NCBI RefSeq assembly: GCF_009914755.1
Contig: NC_060930.1
DNA: 64,000 nt
Direction: 5' to 3' (one strand)
From: the human T2T-CHM13v2.0 reference genome, Homo sapiens
A program made the position numbers and the translations under genes. This document shows, one piece after another, positions 19,741 to 35,137 of this stretch (position 1 is the first letter of the stretch; each line of letters begins with the position of its first letter). Below the pieces are notes generated by a model. The model saw nothing but the letters and a program-made list of their open reading frames with translations, did no database searches and had not been told where the DNA came from.

Positions 19741-20570
19741 AGAAGAGAAAGAAAAAGGAAATAAATACATAATATATCACATTATGTGATAACTGCTATG
19801 GAGGGAAATAAAGCGGAGTAAGGGGAATAGGGTCTGGTGCTATGTTGGATGGAAAGGGAAGACCTCGCCAACAAGGGGGCATTTAATCAGAGACCAGGAA
19901 GAGCTGAAAGAGTGAACCCTGTGTTCACTGGGTGAGGGGTATTCCAGCAGAGGGAATGGCAAGTGCAGAGCCCCTGAGGTGGGAATGTGCTCCGCATGGT
20001 CAAGGAACAGCAAGGCAACCAGTGTGGCTGGAGTAGAGTGAAGAGGGGAGAAGGGTGGGGATGGGCTAGAGGGCTTGGGGCTGGGGACGTGTAGGGCTTG
20101 CAGGCATGGAAGATCTTTGGCTTGAACTCTGAGGAACTTGGGAAACCACTGGAGGATTTTTGACCTGAGAACTGCCATTTTCTGACTTTTATTGAAACAG
20201 ATTCTCTCTGGCTACTGACTATAGAGGAGATTAGAGTACAGAAACAGGCCAGAGATGATGGTGGTTTACACCAGGTTGGCAGTTTGTAGAGGGGGTAAAA
20301 AGTGGTCAGTTTCTGTTTCTGGATCTATCTTGAAAACAGAACCAACAGAGTTATGAGACAAAGAGGGGAGTCAAAGACACCTCCATGGTTTTTACAACTG
20401 GAAGAGTGATGGATTTTTTCTGTTACTGAGGTGGGGAAGAGTGGATTAGTTTAGCTCGGGACATGCCAAAAACAAGATGCTTATTAGCTGTCTAAGAGAT
20501 GTTTCATAGCCCATTGTATATATGAGTCTGAAATTCAAGAGGGGTTTGGAATACAGACATACAGCAGGCC
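19465..20570 (-). mobile_element. L2 3' region interrupted by a FLAM (19632-19758)
   Basis: catccattccttcaacagttactcattgagcatct L2 end; ccagcagagggaatggcaagtgcagagcccctgaggtgggaatgtgc; FLAM TSD aaataaata(t/c)a. Confidence 0.8.
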
Positions 20571-20649
20571 CTGACGGTGTCTTGCCAGTCTCTATGTGGC
20601 ACACCCTGGCAGTTACCTTGACAGCTTGACAGATTGCTTACATACCTGC

Positions 20650-21070
20650 TGTTGCAGACAGACGGTTAAGGAAGCCTCCATGATTCCTGCCTCTAGGCAT
20701 TCTCACTTTCGGGTGATGCTTTCCCTGTAAGTGTGGGACCTGTGACACAAATGGAATAAGATACATGTGATAAGATGTGGGTACATGTGGATACATGTGG
20801 GTAAGATACATGTGATTATGTATACATGATTACGTGATTACATTCCATAGGAGTGTAGTGCCCACCATGCTAGTCTTTCTCTTGCTGACTACGCGGAAGC
20901 AAGTAGCCATGTTGGGCAGTCCTAAATGGCAAAGAACTGGGGGTGTCCTCTGCGAGCTGAGGGTGGTCTCTGGCCAACAATCAACAAAAATCTGAAGCTC
21001 TCAGTCCCATAACTACAAGGAACTGGATGCTGCCAACAATTGTGTAAGTGGAGAAGTAGATCCTGGAGAC
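20650..21070 (+). mobile_element. MLT1-type MaLR LTR fragment
   Basis: gccaacaatcaacaaaaatctgaagctctcagtcccataactacaaggaactggatgctgccaacaa. Confidence 0.6.
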
Positions 21071-21541
21071 TTTCCCTGGTCATAGGACTATTTCTGGCTT
21101 GTTCCCAGAGCACGGCAGAAGTGCAAGGGAGTTCATGTCCCCAGGAGCAACTTTTCACCAATGAGTAATAGGAATTGGTGGATGAATAACCCAGCTTCTT
21201 CAATCCTTGTTGGGACAAATCTGAGATGTGCAGTAAAGGCCCAGGACAAATAGCTCAAAGGAACAGAAGGGAGAGAGTCAGAAGCAGATGCATACTTGAA
21301 GGAACACTTGATTATGACAAAGGTGGCACTGAAGCATAGTAGGAAAAGAGTGGTCATTTACATCAATGATGTTAAGTTAATAAGACAGTCAAACGGGAAA
21401 AAGCAAAACTTGACCTCTACCTCACTCCATATACAAAAATCAATTCCAGGTGGATTGTAGATCTAAATCTGAAAGGTAAAATAATGAAGATTCTAGACAA
21501 TAACATAAGAGAATAATTTATTATTTTTTAAAATGTATTTT

Positions 21542-21912
21542 TACTATGCAGCCATAAAAAATGATGAGTTCATGTCCTTTGTAGGGACATGGATGAAATT
21601 GGAAATCATCATTCTCAGTAAACTATCGCAAGAACAAAAAACCAAACACCGCATATTCTCACTCATAGGTGGGAATTGAACAATGAGATCACATGGACAC
21701 AGGAAGGGGAACATCACACTCTGGGGACTGTTGTGGGGTCGGGGGAGGGGGGAGGGATAGCACTGGGAGATATACCTAATGCTAGATGACGAGTTAGTGG
21801 GTGCAGTGCACCAGCATGGCACATGTATACATATGTAACTAACCTGCACAATGTGCACATGTACCCTAAAACTTAAAGTATAATAATAAAATAAAATAAA
21901 ATAAAATAAAAT
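21542..21912 (+). mobile_element. Young 5'-truncated L1 (L1PA2-like)
   Basis: aatgagatcacatggac, ggggtcgggggag, gctagatgacGAGttagtggg (GAG rather than the L1HS ACA/ACG), tgcacaatgtgcac; (TAAAA)n tail. Confidence 0.85.
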
Positions 21913-21934
21913 AATATTATTTTTAATAGATGTA

Positions 21935-22230
<296 letters not shown>

Positions 22231-22917
22231 CATAAGAGAATAATTTTACATCCTTAGGAGCAGGCAAAGATTTCTTAATCAGGAATTGGAAAGCACTAAA
22301 TATAAAGCATACACTGTGATAAAACAGTTTCACTCTGAGATACATACCTGAGAGAAATGAGTCCATTTGGTCACCAAAAGACATGCACAAAAATGTGTTA
22401 GCAAGATAATTTGTAATAGTTAAAAATAGTAACAGCTTACATGCTCATCAGTGGTAGAATGGATAGACTAAGGTATGTCCAGTCACACGGTGGAACATTA
22501 TTTGGTCCAGAAAATCAACAAACAGCTGCCTCACACAACACCGATGACTCTCATGAGTCCCATATTGAGCAAAAGAAGCCCTTGGGGGAAGGGATGCAGA
22601 ATGAAACATGAACTTCAGCTTTATCTAAGGTGTTGTCATTTTGTAGAAACTTATATATGAAACAAAAGTGGAAAATGGCCAACATTTATTAAGCCTGGAT
22701 AATGAGAACACAGGGGCTATAACATTAGTCTTTGTACTTTTGGGGGTATTTTAAAAATATGCAGCCTCCTCCAAAGACAGAAACAAGCTAAAGCATGATA
22801 CATGAGCAGAAGTAGTAAGGATGTCCCCAACAAAGTCCAATTTTCTTCTCTACTAAAGCCCCTATGTTTTATACCACACAGTTAAGTATCCAGTTACTGA
22901 TTATCTTGCTTCACTGG

Positions 22918-23638
22918 TGTCTTAATTCTGGCTGCCATACAGAATACCATAGACTGGGTGGCTTGAACAACAGAAACTTATTTCTCACAGTTTTAGAGGC
23001 TGGGAAGTTCAAGACCAAAGTGCCAGTAAGGCAGGTTTCATGCTGAGGCCTCTTCTCTTAACTTGCAGGCAGCCTCCTTCTCATTGTGTGTTCACGTGAC
23101 CTCTTTGTGTGCTCACATGTGGAGAGAGAGAGACAGGGAACAAGCTTTGATTTCTCTTCTTTTTTTGTTTTGTGTTGTTTTGTTTTTGAGATGGAGTTTC
23201 TCTCTTGTTGCCTAGGCTGGAGTGCAATGGCACGATCTCGGCTCACTGCAACCTCAGCCTCCGGGTTCAAGAGATTCTCCTGCCTCAGCCTCCCAAGCAG
23301 CTGGGATTACAGGCGCCTGCCCGCCACCACGTCCAGCTAATTTTTTTGTATTTTTAGTAGAGACGGGGTTTCACCATGTTGGCCAGGCTGGTCTCAAACT
23401 CCTGACCTCAGGTGATCCGCCCGCCTCAGCCTCCAAAGTGCTGGGATTACAGGCGTGAGCCACTGCACTCGGCCTGATTTCTCTTCTTACGAGGGCCCTA
23501 ATGCCCTACAAGGGCCCACCCTCATGACCCCATCTAGCCCTAATTACCTCCCAAAGGCCCCATCTTCAAATGCTATCAAACTGGGAGTCAAGGCTTCAAC
23601 ATGGGAATTTGCTGGGGGGACACATTCAATCCATAACA
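22918..23638 (-). mobile_element. MLT1A-type solo LTR interrupted by an AluS (23160-23474)
   Basis: TG...CA termini with 5-bp TSD actgg; ccatagactgggtggcttgaacaacagaaacttatttctcacag; Alu TSD tgatttctcttctt. Confidence 0.85.
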
Positions 23639-24390
23639 ACTGGCTAATTGCTTCATGCATATTATTCTTGCTACCCAAACTACACTATAAATGCAGATCA
23701 CAGACTGAGTAACAGTTCTCCAGTATTTCCTCTGTTTCTTGAGTGATTTATGGATTGATTGTCAGAAGTAAATTTGGTAATCTCAGACAAGACATGTAAC
23801 ACTGCCTGCCTCATTTTGCCCATTCGCGTAAATTCTTTTCTGTGTACTTTAATATGCATTCCTTATTTCCCTAAGGTTTTGCTATAATAGGCCTCAATAA
23901 ATATTTATTGAACAAATAAATGAATTTTAGGGGAGATCCATATACAGAGTCACATATTTTCCCCATCTGGCAGATGCAAGGAATTTTAAGCTGCATTTCT
24001 TCTATTGGCTGTTGAACCTGGCAAAATGCCAACATCTCCATAGAAGTAACACTTTAAAATGTTATTAGCCATATACACTTTGGTGTGAACAAAGAAACCG
24101 AAGCTAATTCCTGATAGAAGCCATTTTGAGCTCTAGAAGTCTAAGGAAGGACAATAGTGAGGGACTAGAAGGGGAGGCTTGAAGACACCAAAGAAAAATA
24201 ATAGCTCCTTTGCAATTTTGCCTAAAGCTCTAGAATATTGGTAAGCAAAATAATAACAATGAGATATCCTCTTGCTGTTTGTATTATTTCATGGCATTGA
24301 TCTGAAAAACAGTCAATTATCACTAAAGCTCTTTCTACCTCCTTACTCCTGATTCCCTCAAAACATTTATCCTGTGCCTATGTGATGTAC

Positions 24391-24680
24391 TATAAAAGTG
24401 CCTGGCCCCATTCCCCTCCACATTCAGCCTTTTGAGGGCCAGGGCTACGATCCTCCAGGCAGAAAGGAGGTAGAGCCAGAGAGCCCTTGAGGCTACAAGC
24501 TGAGCCTCTGCTGAATCCCTGGAGAAACTTGCCCTGGGGGTGGTGGCAATAACGTAGGCATCTGTCAGGCCCTTGCCATCTCCACCCACAGCAATCCCTG
24601 GCAGCAGCACAGGCCTAACTGTGGGGCCCCGGGTTGGGCAATGTGTGGATAATGCAGGACTGCCAAGGGCCTGGAGAGGT
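24391..24680 (+). promoter_or_regulatory. Candidate TATA+Inr core promoter with first-exon donor
   Basis: TATAAAAG at 24391-24398; Inr-like CCACATT with A at 24420; GAG|GTAAGG at 24678/24679. Confidence 0.25.
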
Positions 24681-24795
24681 AAGGGCCTCTCTTAATGCAA
24701 GTGGCTTCACTAGTTTGGACGAGAAACACAAAATCACAGGATTCCCATGACTGGTATATATTTGAGCAACTCGCTTATAAAAAAGATGCCCCCAG

Positions 24796-25642
24796 AGGAC
24801 ATGAACAGACATTTTACCAAAGAAGACATACATGCTACCAACAAGTATATGAAAAAAAGCTCAACATCATTGTCATTAGAGAAATGCAAATCAAAACCAC
24901 AATGAGATACTATCTCACACCTGTTGGAATGTTAGGTTTTTATTAAAAAGTCAAAGAATAACATGCTGGCAAGGTTGCAGAGAAAAGCAAATGCTTATAC
25001 ATTGTTGGTGGGAGTGTAAATTGGTTCAGCCATTGTGGAAAGCAGTGTGGTCATTCATCAAAGAGCTAAAAACAGAACTACCATTCAACCCAGCAGTCCC
25101 ATTCATTACTGGGTGTATACCGAAAGGAATATAAATCATTCTGCCATAAAGACATACTCACTCAAAAGTTTGTTGCAGCACTATTTATAATAGCTAAGAC
25201 ATAGAATCAACCTAAATGTCCATCAGTGACAGATTGGATAAAGAAAATGTGGTGCATATACACACGGCATGGAATACTATGAAGCTACAAAAAAAGAATG
25301 AGATCAGGTCTTTTGAAGGAACATGGATGGAGCTGGAGGTCATTATCCTTAGCAAACTAATGCAGGAACAGAAAACCAAATACCACATATTCTCACTTAT
25401 AAATGGGAGCTAAATGATGAAAACACATGCACACGTAGAGGGGAACAACACACACTGGGGCTTATTTGAGGGTAGAACATGGAAGGAGGGAAAGGATCAG
25501 AAAAGATAACTATTGGGTACTAGGCTCCATACTTGGGTGACGAAACAACCAGTAGCGCAAACCCTCGTGACACGAGTTTACGTATGTAACAAGCCTGCAT
25601 GTGTACCCTCCAACCTAAAATAAAAGTAAAAATAAAAATAAA
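24796..25642 (+). mobile_element. 5'-truncated older L1PA (L1PA13-16-like)
   Basis: ORF2 C-terminal peptides ([32 protein letters not shown]); 3'UTR; A-rich tail; degenerate TSD aagatg(c/t)cccc...aggacatg. Confidence 0.85.
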
Positions 25643-26199
25643 CAAGATGTCCCCAAGGACATGGATTCTATGGCTCTCCTCACACTTTAAAGGATTCAGG
25701 AATTATAAATACCAGTTACCCTCTCGGTTAATCAAGAGATTATTCATATTCCGACCTCAAATTGTTTAAGCTGAATCTAATCACGAGGAATGAGGAAACA
25801 ACCAGGCAAATTGAATTGGAAGTTGGAAATTGAAGGATGTTCTACAAACCAACCAGCCTGCCCACCCCAGCTAGTCATGGTCAGGGGATGGGACCATGAT
25901 AATTGACTTAGAAGTTGGAAATTATCTTGAGCTGTGGCCAGGTCACCTTCCCCTTAGCTGGAGAGAGCTGGACCCCTAAACAGCACTGAGGTCCTGTTTG
26001 GCAGGGAGAAGGGCCTGCCACCAGAACAGTCAGCAACAGAAGGGCTGGGTCCAAGTCTGAATATTGACATATTTGAGCAGGTGGAGAAGGAGGGAGGAAG
26101 TTAGGGGAAGCTTTGTAAACAAGAATGCAAAGTAGCATGCAAGAATAGAAATGCATTCTACTGGGTGTGCATTCTTTACGTCATGAAGGACACAATCTA

Positions 26200-26600
<401 letters not shown>

Positions 26601-28758
26601 GTAAGTATAGTGCCTGGTGTCCAGTGGAACCAGCGAGATGATGGGCTGGACTAGAACTTATGACAGAAGTTCACAGGTGTGGAGGATAAATGGGAAAGAC
26701 AGCTATGAAAAGCCTTGATGAGCAAGGAGAGTTCTTCTAATTGAACCCAAGGATACAGGACAGCCACCGTGGGTCCCTTGGCAGTGGCTTGGTGAGTAGA
26801 GACCATTATTTTAAGAAACGCCAGTCTGAAATGAGCCAGCAATTTAAATATTTTTAAAAGTTCAAATACTGTTTTAATTTTATTCCTTTTCTCTGCAAGC
26901 CCGGGGCACAGAACCTGGAGATGTAGCCGTTTCTCTTTAAAAGTGTTGCTGCCAAGTGAAGCAGGCCTGCCAGAGAATGCGACCTGCAGTATAGAAGAAA
27001 CTAGCACATGCATTCTAGATTATTCCAGTGGAATGTAGCATCTACTTGAATTTTGCTAAAGCAATGCCAAGTTTTTTCTCTTTCAGTGAGTTTGAGTTCC
27101 TATGGGCTAGAGAAATCGTTTTTCAACTCCTAAGCATTATAGCATCACCGTGGAACCAGCAGGAATTAAGCTTCACCTCTCCCATTCCTCTCACTTTTTA
27201 AACTGTTTTACCACAATTTACCTCCCTCAGGACACTTTGCCCTCTGAGCAACCCAGAGATGCTAAGCCCAAGTCCACGTAGAGCTGCCCTGTGCCTTTTC
27301 TCACGACTGCAGGGCACAAGCCACCCCACTTCTCAGCCTTGGCTCATGGCTCATTAGCCACCAGGACTTAGTTTAGGGCCAAATTCAGCTCACATTGCAA
27401 CCTTCTGGCTGCCAGGGCAGAAACAAAGTTTGAAGGTTGTTCTGTCCAAACAATTTGCTCCACAGAGCAGATTAATTTCTTACTGGCAAAATCCATACAG
27501 TTAATAATTATCTAGACTGGGGGAAAAGTACCAGTAAATCGACTGCCACATAAAATACAATTTAAAGAATAGAGCACAAAGAGAAGAAATCTGGGCGTGT
27601 TCTTCCAGCTATTCCAAACCAGATTCACATATAAAGACCTTCCATCCTGTATCTACTGCCCCACCTTGTCTTGTAGGCTCCAGAACCATATTTCAACCTT
27701 CACTTTCAATGGCTCCTTTTTGCCCTTAGTAAACTAATCAGCATGGGTAAACAAACCAACAGTAAACCAACCAAGCCCCTTGTGAATCAGCCTCCTGCTG
27801 ACACTCCCCTACCCATACCTACCCCATATAGCAATCACACACAGGAAATCTCTTGCAAGTCAAAGGCCCCATGCTCTCCTGGGCCTCCGTGCCTTTGCAC
27901 GTGCTGCTCCCTCTGCCTGGTGCCTTCCTGCCTGGCTCACTGGATCATCCTTCAGAATGCAGTTCAGGGAGCATTTCTATATGACATCCCTGACCATCAT
28001 GCTCTGGCTGAAGTGCTTGTCTATCCCTTGCCATAGTCCCTGCCATGGCTGTATCTGATGAGTGCGTTGATCTGTTTAGCTTCACACTAGGTTTAGTGGA
28101 GATCTGTCTGGGCCTTTCATCCTTGTACCCCCAACCCAGGCCCTTGTTATCTATTCCAGGACTTCTGCAGGCACCTTCATAACAGGTCTTGATGCTTCCA
28201 ATCAACATCTCCCCTTCCCAGTTCTTCCTTTTCACTGCCTCCAGAGTTGTATCTCTAAAACACTTCATTCCCCCTTTATTCTGCTTACAAACCTTCTATT
28301 GTTCCCCATTGCCCCAACTCTGTGGCAAGCATTCAAGACTCTTGCCAACCTGATGCCAAATTTCTCCTTTATGTTCTTCTTCTACCGTTTCAGGCCATAA
28401 ATCCATGCCACAGTCAAGAGTTCCCCAAAGGGGCCACAAAATGTCTCTTTTCCACATTGGCTCATGAGGTTTTCTCCTTTTCTATACCTGATAGGCGAAC
28501 TTCAATTGTAAGACCAGGTAAAATGTTACCAGTAAATAGCTCTCAGCTCCTGAGCCAGAATTCATTGCTTCTGTAGGGGCTGGTAACTTGGTCCAGTTCT
28601 GCTCAGCTGCTCCTTTGTTGCAGACTGAGCCCATGACCAGAAGCCTCAGCTGCTCCAGCAGATGGTGGCTAGAATTTTTTGAGTTGTTTTTAACCTGGTG
28701 CTCTGAGACTGGGGTGAACCTAGGGAGCTGAAGCAGCAATGCCACACCCCCAACACAT

Positions 28759-28761
<3 letters not shown>

Positions 28762-28795
<34 letters not shown>
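28762..28795. repeat. (CA)n microsatellite
   Basis: Direct reading. Confidence 0.95.
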
Positions 28796-28796
<1 letters not shown>

Positions 28797-28833
28797 AGGC
28801 ACACGCATAACATGGACTTACAACATGCCATCA

Positions 28834-29200
<367 letters not shown>

Positions 29201-30324
29201 AGGATGAGACTCTTGTCTTGAGCACTGACCAGGTACTCCATTCCTCCTTGTTCAGGACTGGATTCTGTCCTGAACTCCATCCAATATGGCCAGGGCACCT
29301 CCTTGGTGCTCTGTTACATGCTTTGTCATGAACCCCATCTTGACCCCAAGTGGAATGACCACTCAGTCCACTGCAGGCAGCCTTCATGAATACACCTTTC
29401 TATAGGAGGATCCACTTAATCTTCCTGAAGAGGGCACAAAAAACAGGCTCTTAAAACCTGCATCTGTCCTCTCCAACTCTTAACACATTCTGGTACACAG
29501 TTTTCTCAGGCAGCCCATGCAGAGTGGGTAAGTGTGGAGATGTGTATTATTCTAATCCTTCCAACACAGCTTCTCCAGACACGCCTTCCCAGGGCCAGTT
29601 CAGAGCAGGCTGGATGGACAGTGTGGTGTCTACCCTTGATGTGTAGTCGAACTTACTCAGTGATGCTTCCTGCTGCATGTAGATGCCTACAGCTGGTGGT
29701 GTTCCAAGGTGAGAAGGTGGGAGGGGAGCCAGATACATGGCTTGCTATAGGTGCAGACAGTAGAGGTTTATAAGCAATAATAAAACCAAATAAAAGGTAA
29801 TTCACTTTTTATGAAAAGCCTATGAACTGGCAATTGCCCACAAATGGGCAATTCTACATAATGGCTGTGATAAAACACCTTCCTCGCAAAGTAGTTTTTG
29901 GGTTTAAATTCTAAACAATTTCTGTGAGTTTTAGCTAAATACATGTATGCTTCAAATTAGCAAATTGTATTACTTATCCGTTGATATGCATTGTTCTCTA
30001 CATGAAAGCGAATTTTGGAACTCCCTGTTAGTCATACTGTCTCCTAATACACACAGACTCACCTGCACAGTCTCAGTGGCACCAGGATAAGTCCAGAAAG
30101 GACAGAGTTTCCACCAAGGCAGTTGTTTGTCCACCTCCTGGGTACTATATATGTCTGCCTTTACATAATGCATTTGAAACAAAGAGAAAACAATGATTGT
30201 AAAGATAAAGAAATAGAACTTCAGTTGCTTCAATACTGCCATTCCACGTAACCACTTGTAGTTTTTATTTGTATTTTAAAAAATGTAGTAGTGAAACAGA
30301 GCATGCACTTCAAGGTATGGTATT

Positions 30325-30520
30325 TTTTAAACTTTTTTAGAATGGAGGTGAAATTTATAGAACATAAAAATAACAGTTTTAAAGTGTACATTCCGTGGCA
30401 TTTAGTAAATTCACAATGTTGTACAACCATCACCTCTGTCTAGTTCCAAAACTTTTCATCATTCCCAAAGAAGATTCCATGCCCATTATGCAGTCACTCC
30501 CTGTTCACCCCCATTTTTGG
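30325..30520 (-). mobile_element. L1MB-type 3' end fragment
   Basis: ttttaaagtgtacattccgtggcatttagtaaattcacaatgttgtacaaccatcacctctgtctagttccaaaac. Confidence 0.75.
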
Positions 30521-30550
30521 TTGCAAGTACAAATTTTAGTTCACACATGA

Positions 30551-30928
<378 letters not shown>

Positions 30929-31419
30929 TAATATATTTTTAGTTTGAAATTTTCTTTATTATTATTTGTTATAAACTGTAATTTTATCATCTCATACTAC
31001 AACAAACATGTAGGTTTAAGTCTTCCCTGTTTTCAAAAGTCGTATTAATGTTATAAAATATTTAATCTATTTCTTTTTATTTTACTATAATATTTATTTC
31101 ACTTCTTTTTTCTTTTTTTCTGGCATAACAGTATATATGAAGTTCAATTTTTAAAATTTACTGACTCTTTTTTTCCTGGACATTGTTATTATCTATTCCA
31201 TTTTTATGATTATTACTGAAGATAATTTTGTTGTATAGATGAAGATCGACAAAAATCAATTCATTCTGGGCATCAAACAAGCCAGATACACACTGACCAT
31301 AGCTGCAGAAATGTAGCTTGGTCCCTGTTTGATCATCAGTCCTTTCATTGCTGTTTCTGCTTGCAGTTGGGGTCACATACCTTGCTGACTCCTCCTACTC
31401 TTTAGTCATGCATGGGGAG

Positions 31420-32467
<1,048 letters not shown>

Positions 32468-33243
32468 GTAGCCATCTCTAGAGCTAGCTCCACTCAGGAG
32501 AGACTAATGCTCCTTTAGCTTCTTCCTCTTCTCTGAGTCCCTTACTTCATAGGGAAGCCCAGTGTTTCCAGCTTTCACTGCCCCTCATTAGAAATAGGTT
32601 GGAGATCCCCTCCCAAAAAACTGGCTGGGGCAGGTGAACTCAGCACATGCCCTGGGGGCACAGTTCACAGAGTGGAGCAAGCCCCAGCCCATCCAGAAGA
32701 TTTCATGGAGCTTCTTTTTTCAAACACTCTCCTTAGTAGACAGGCATGTCTAAAAATATATAAACAAACTTGAAAGTATTGCAAAATATTTTCTCTCAAC
32801 AAGTATAACTGAATGATCTTGCCTTGCCAGAGGCGTGAGGACTTCCTAACCTTATCTCCACGGATCTGGCATGTTTACACCCAGCAGCCCTTAGTCTTAG
32901 TGATGGGAGATTACCTGAGCCAGTTTGGCTATCTGGGTGCCCATTATTTGAGGACAATTTTTTAAGTTTAGGTATATGTTTTAGTATTAAAGAGAGTGCT
33001 GAGATAGTATCATCAATTATCTATCCCAATGAGCCCAAGAGGTGTGATAACCAAACAGGCTTAAAAACTTTCAACTCCTCACTCTGCATACAACATTGCC
33101 GAGAACCTCCCCATAAATGGAGGCTAATCCACAGACAGGCTGATAAAGCTTCATTGTTGGGGCTCCTCACTTGTACAAGCTTCTTCCAAAGCTCCATACC
33201 TAATTGTGTATTCATAATTTGTGTTCTTTTTCTTAAACAGGTC

Positions 33244-34102
33244 TGAGGGGAAAAAGAGACAAACTGTTTTCTCCTCCTATGCTCTCACAACATAGAACGT
33301 TTCTTTGATGAGATATTTCCCCACATACCAAGCAATTCTCCAGCAGACACCAGCTGGGTGTCCTCTAATTCAGTTTAATTCTGACACTGTCTACCTGGTG
33401 ATAGTATCAGATCCCACTGGTTAAGGGCTCAGTCCCACAAGTTTACCCCTACCCCCAACTTCAGATGCCCATGACAAGCCCCAGATTGTGACCTGTGCTT
33501 CTGACCACCAGCTATAAATTGGGGTTCCCACAACTCCCTCCTTGGGTTTGATTTATTTGCCAGAGTGGCAAACAGAATTCAGGGAAACACTTTACTTATG
33601 TTTATCCATTTATTATAAAGGATATCATGAAGGATACAGATGAACAGCCAGATGGAGGAGACACACAGGGCAAGGTATGTGGGGAGGGGCACAAAGTTCC
33701 CATGCCCTTTCTGAGCATGCCCTCCAGGTACCTCCACATGTTTTGTAATCCAAAAGCTCATCCAAGCCCTGTCCTTTTGTTTTTTTTCATGGAGGAGTCA
33801 TTATATGGACATAACTGATTAAATCATTGGCCATCGGTGATCACCTGAACTTTCGGTCCTTCTCCCCAACCTAGACATTGGGGGCTAGAGCTGAAAGTCC
33901 CAATTCCCTAATCATGCCTTGGTCTTTTGGTGACCAGCTTCCATCCCAAAGCTATCTAGGAGCTCCCAGCCACCAGTCATCTCATCTGCTTACAAAAAGA
34001 CACTTATCCCTTTAGAGATTCCAAAGGTTTTAGGAGCCAGGTGTCAGGAACCAGCAGCAGAGACCAAATATGTATTATTTATTATACCATAATATCATAA
34101 CA
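33244..34102 (-). mobile_element. MER21-family solo LTR
   Basis: gacaccagctgggtgtcctctaattc...gatcccactggttaagggctcagtcccacaag; ends taatatcataaca. Confidence 0.75.
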
Positions 34103-35031
34103 GAGTTCCCCAAATTATATAAACTTCAAGCCCCACAAATCCTGGATTGACCCCTGCTTCTACATATCCCTTTAATGGACCTGTGTGAGAATTTCTAAGA
34201 GACCTATGCCCCGAATAGACACTTAATTTGATTAGCTAATGCCAGATCATTCTCCAACCTGTGCTTCCACGAGCAGCAGGAAAATCTTATTCCCACACCT
34301 CTGCCAGCATTGGCATTCTCAAGCTCTCTAAATTCTCTAGGCTAATAGCTGTGTAATAGCCTTACAGCCTTATACAGCCTTGAGTTATTGTAAATTGTCT
34401 GAATATGTCACCCATTTTTCTTTTGGGGTACTATCCAGAGTTCTTTGTATATTCTAGATATTCATCCCCTTTGTCACTTTTAGACCTCATAATCTCTTCC
34501 CAAACTGTCATCATCTCTTCAGTTCAACTGCGATGTCACTTGTTCACAGAAATCCTTAATTTTGGTGTAATCCGATCTACCAATTTGCCTTGTGGCTTGC
34601 ACTTTCGAAGTCTTGTTTAAGGATTTCTTTACCCCTTCCAGGTTGCAATACTTTTCTCCTGTTAACTTTATGATCTTATCTTTCACCTTTAGGTCTCTTG
34701 TCTGTTGGAGATCTCCTTTGTATGTGGGGTTAGATATGGATCCTACTTTAATTTTCTCTATCCTTTCTTTCTCTGCCTATTTTTCCATCACCATATACTA
34801 AACACTCCATCCACCCCCTAATTAAACTGTGGAGCCAACTCGGCATTGTATGAAATTCACAAGTAAATGCAGAGCTACCTGTGAACCGTCTATTCCACTC
34901 CACTCCCACATTCAAAACAACTTTGTAGGGTGTCTTGCTATCTGGTGGGCAATTTCCCCTCTTTATTCTACCATTTGATTTAGCTCCTTGTGGAACTTAT
35001 TTTTTCCTATACATTTTATTTATTTATTTTT

Positions 35032-35137
35032 AAAATATGGAATGCTTCACAAATTTGCATGCCATTTTTGCACAGAGGCCATGCTAATCTTCTCCGTATG
35101 ATTCCAGTTTTAGTATAGGTGCTACCACAGTGAGAAC
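35032..35137 (-). pseudogene. U6 snRNA retropseudogene (full length, diverged)
   Basis: Reverse complement aligns to U6 end to end (GTTCTCACTGTGGTAGCACCTATACTAAAACTGGAATCATACGGAGAAGATTAGCATGGCC...CCATATTTT); A-rich tail at 35019-35031; 14-bp TSD tcctatacatttta (35005-35018 and 35138-35151). Confidence 0.95.

Noticed and set aside
28654-28670. CTCF-like ccagcagatggtggc (also a weak match near 44690-44710)
   Set aside because: Mismatches in the core GGCGC/GGCAG half; cannot be supported without ChIP data.
30057-30242. Strong minus-strand donor CAG|GTGAGT within ORF 29970-30242 (signal-peptide-like N-terminus)
   Set aside because: No convincing acceptor or promoter found and no recognisable protein family; the hydrophobic start reflects T-rich DNA.
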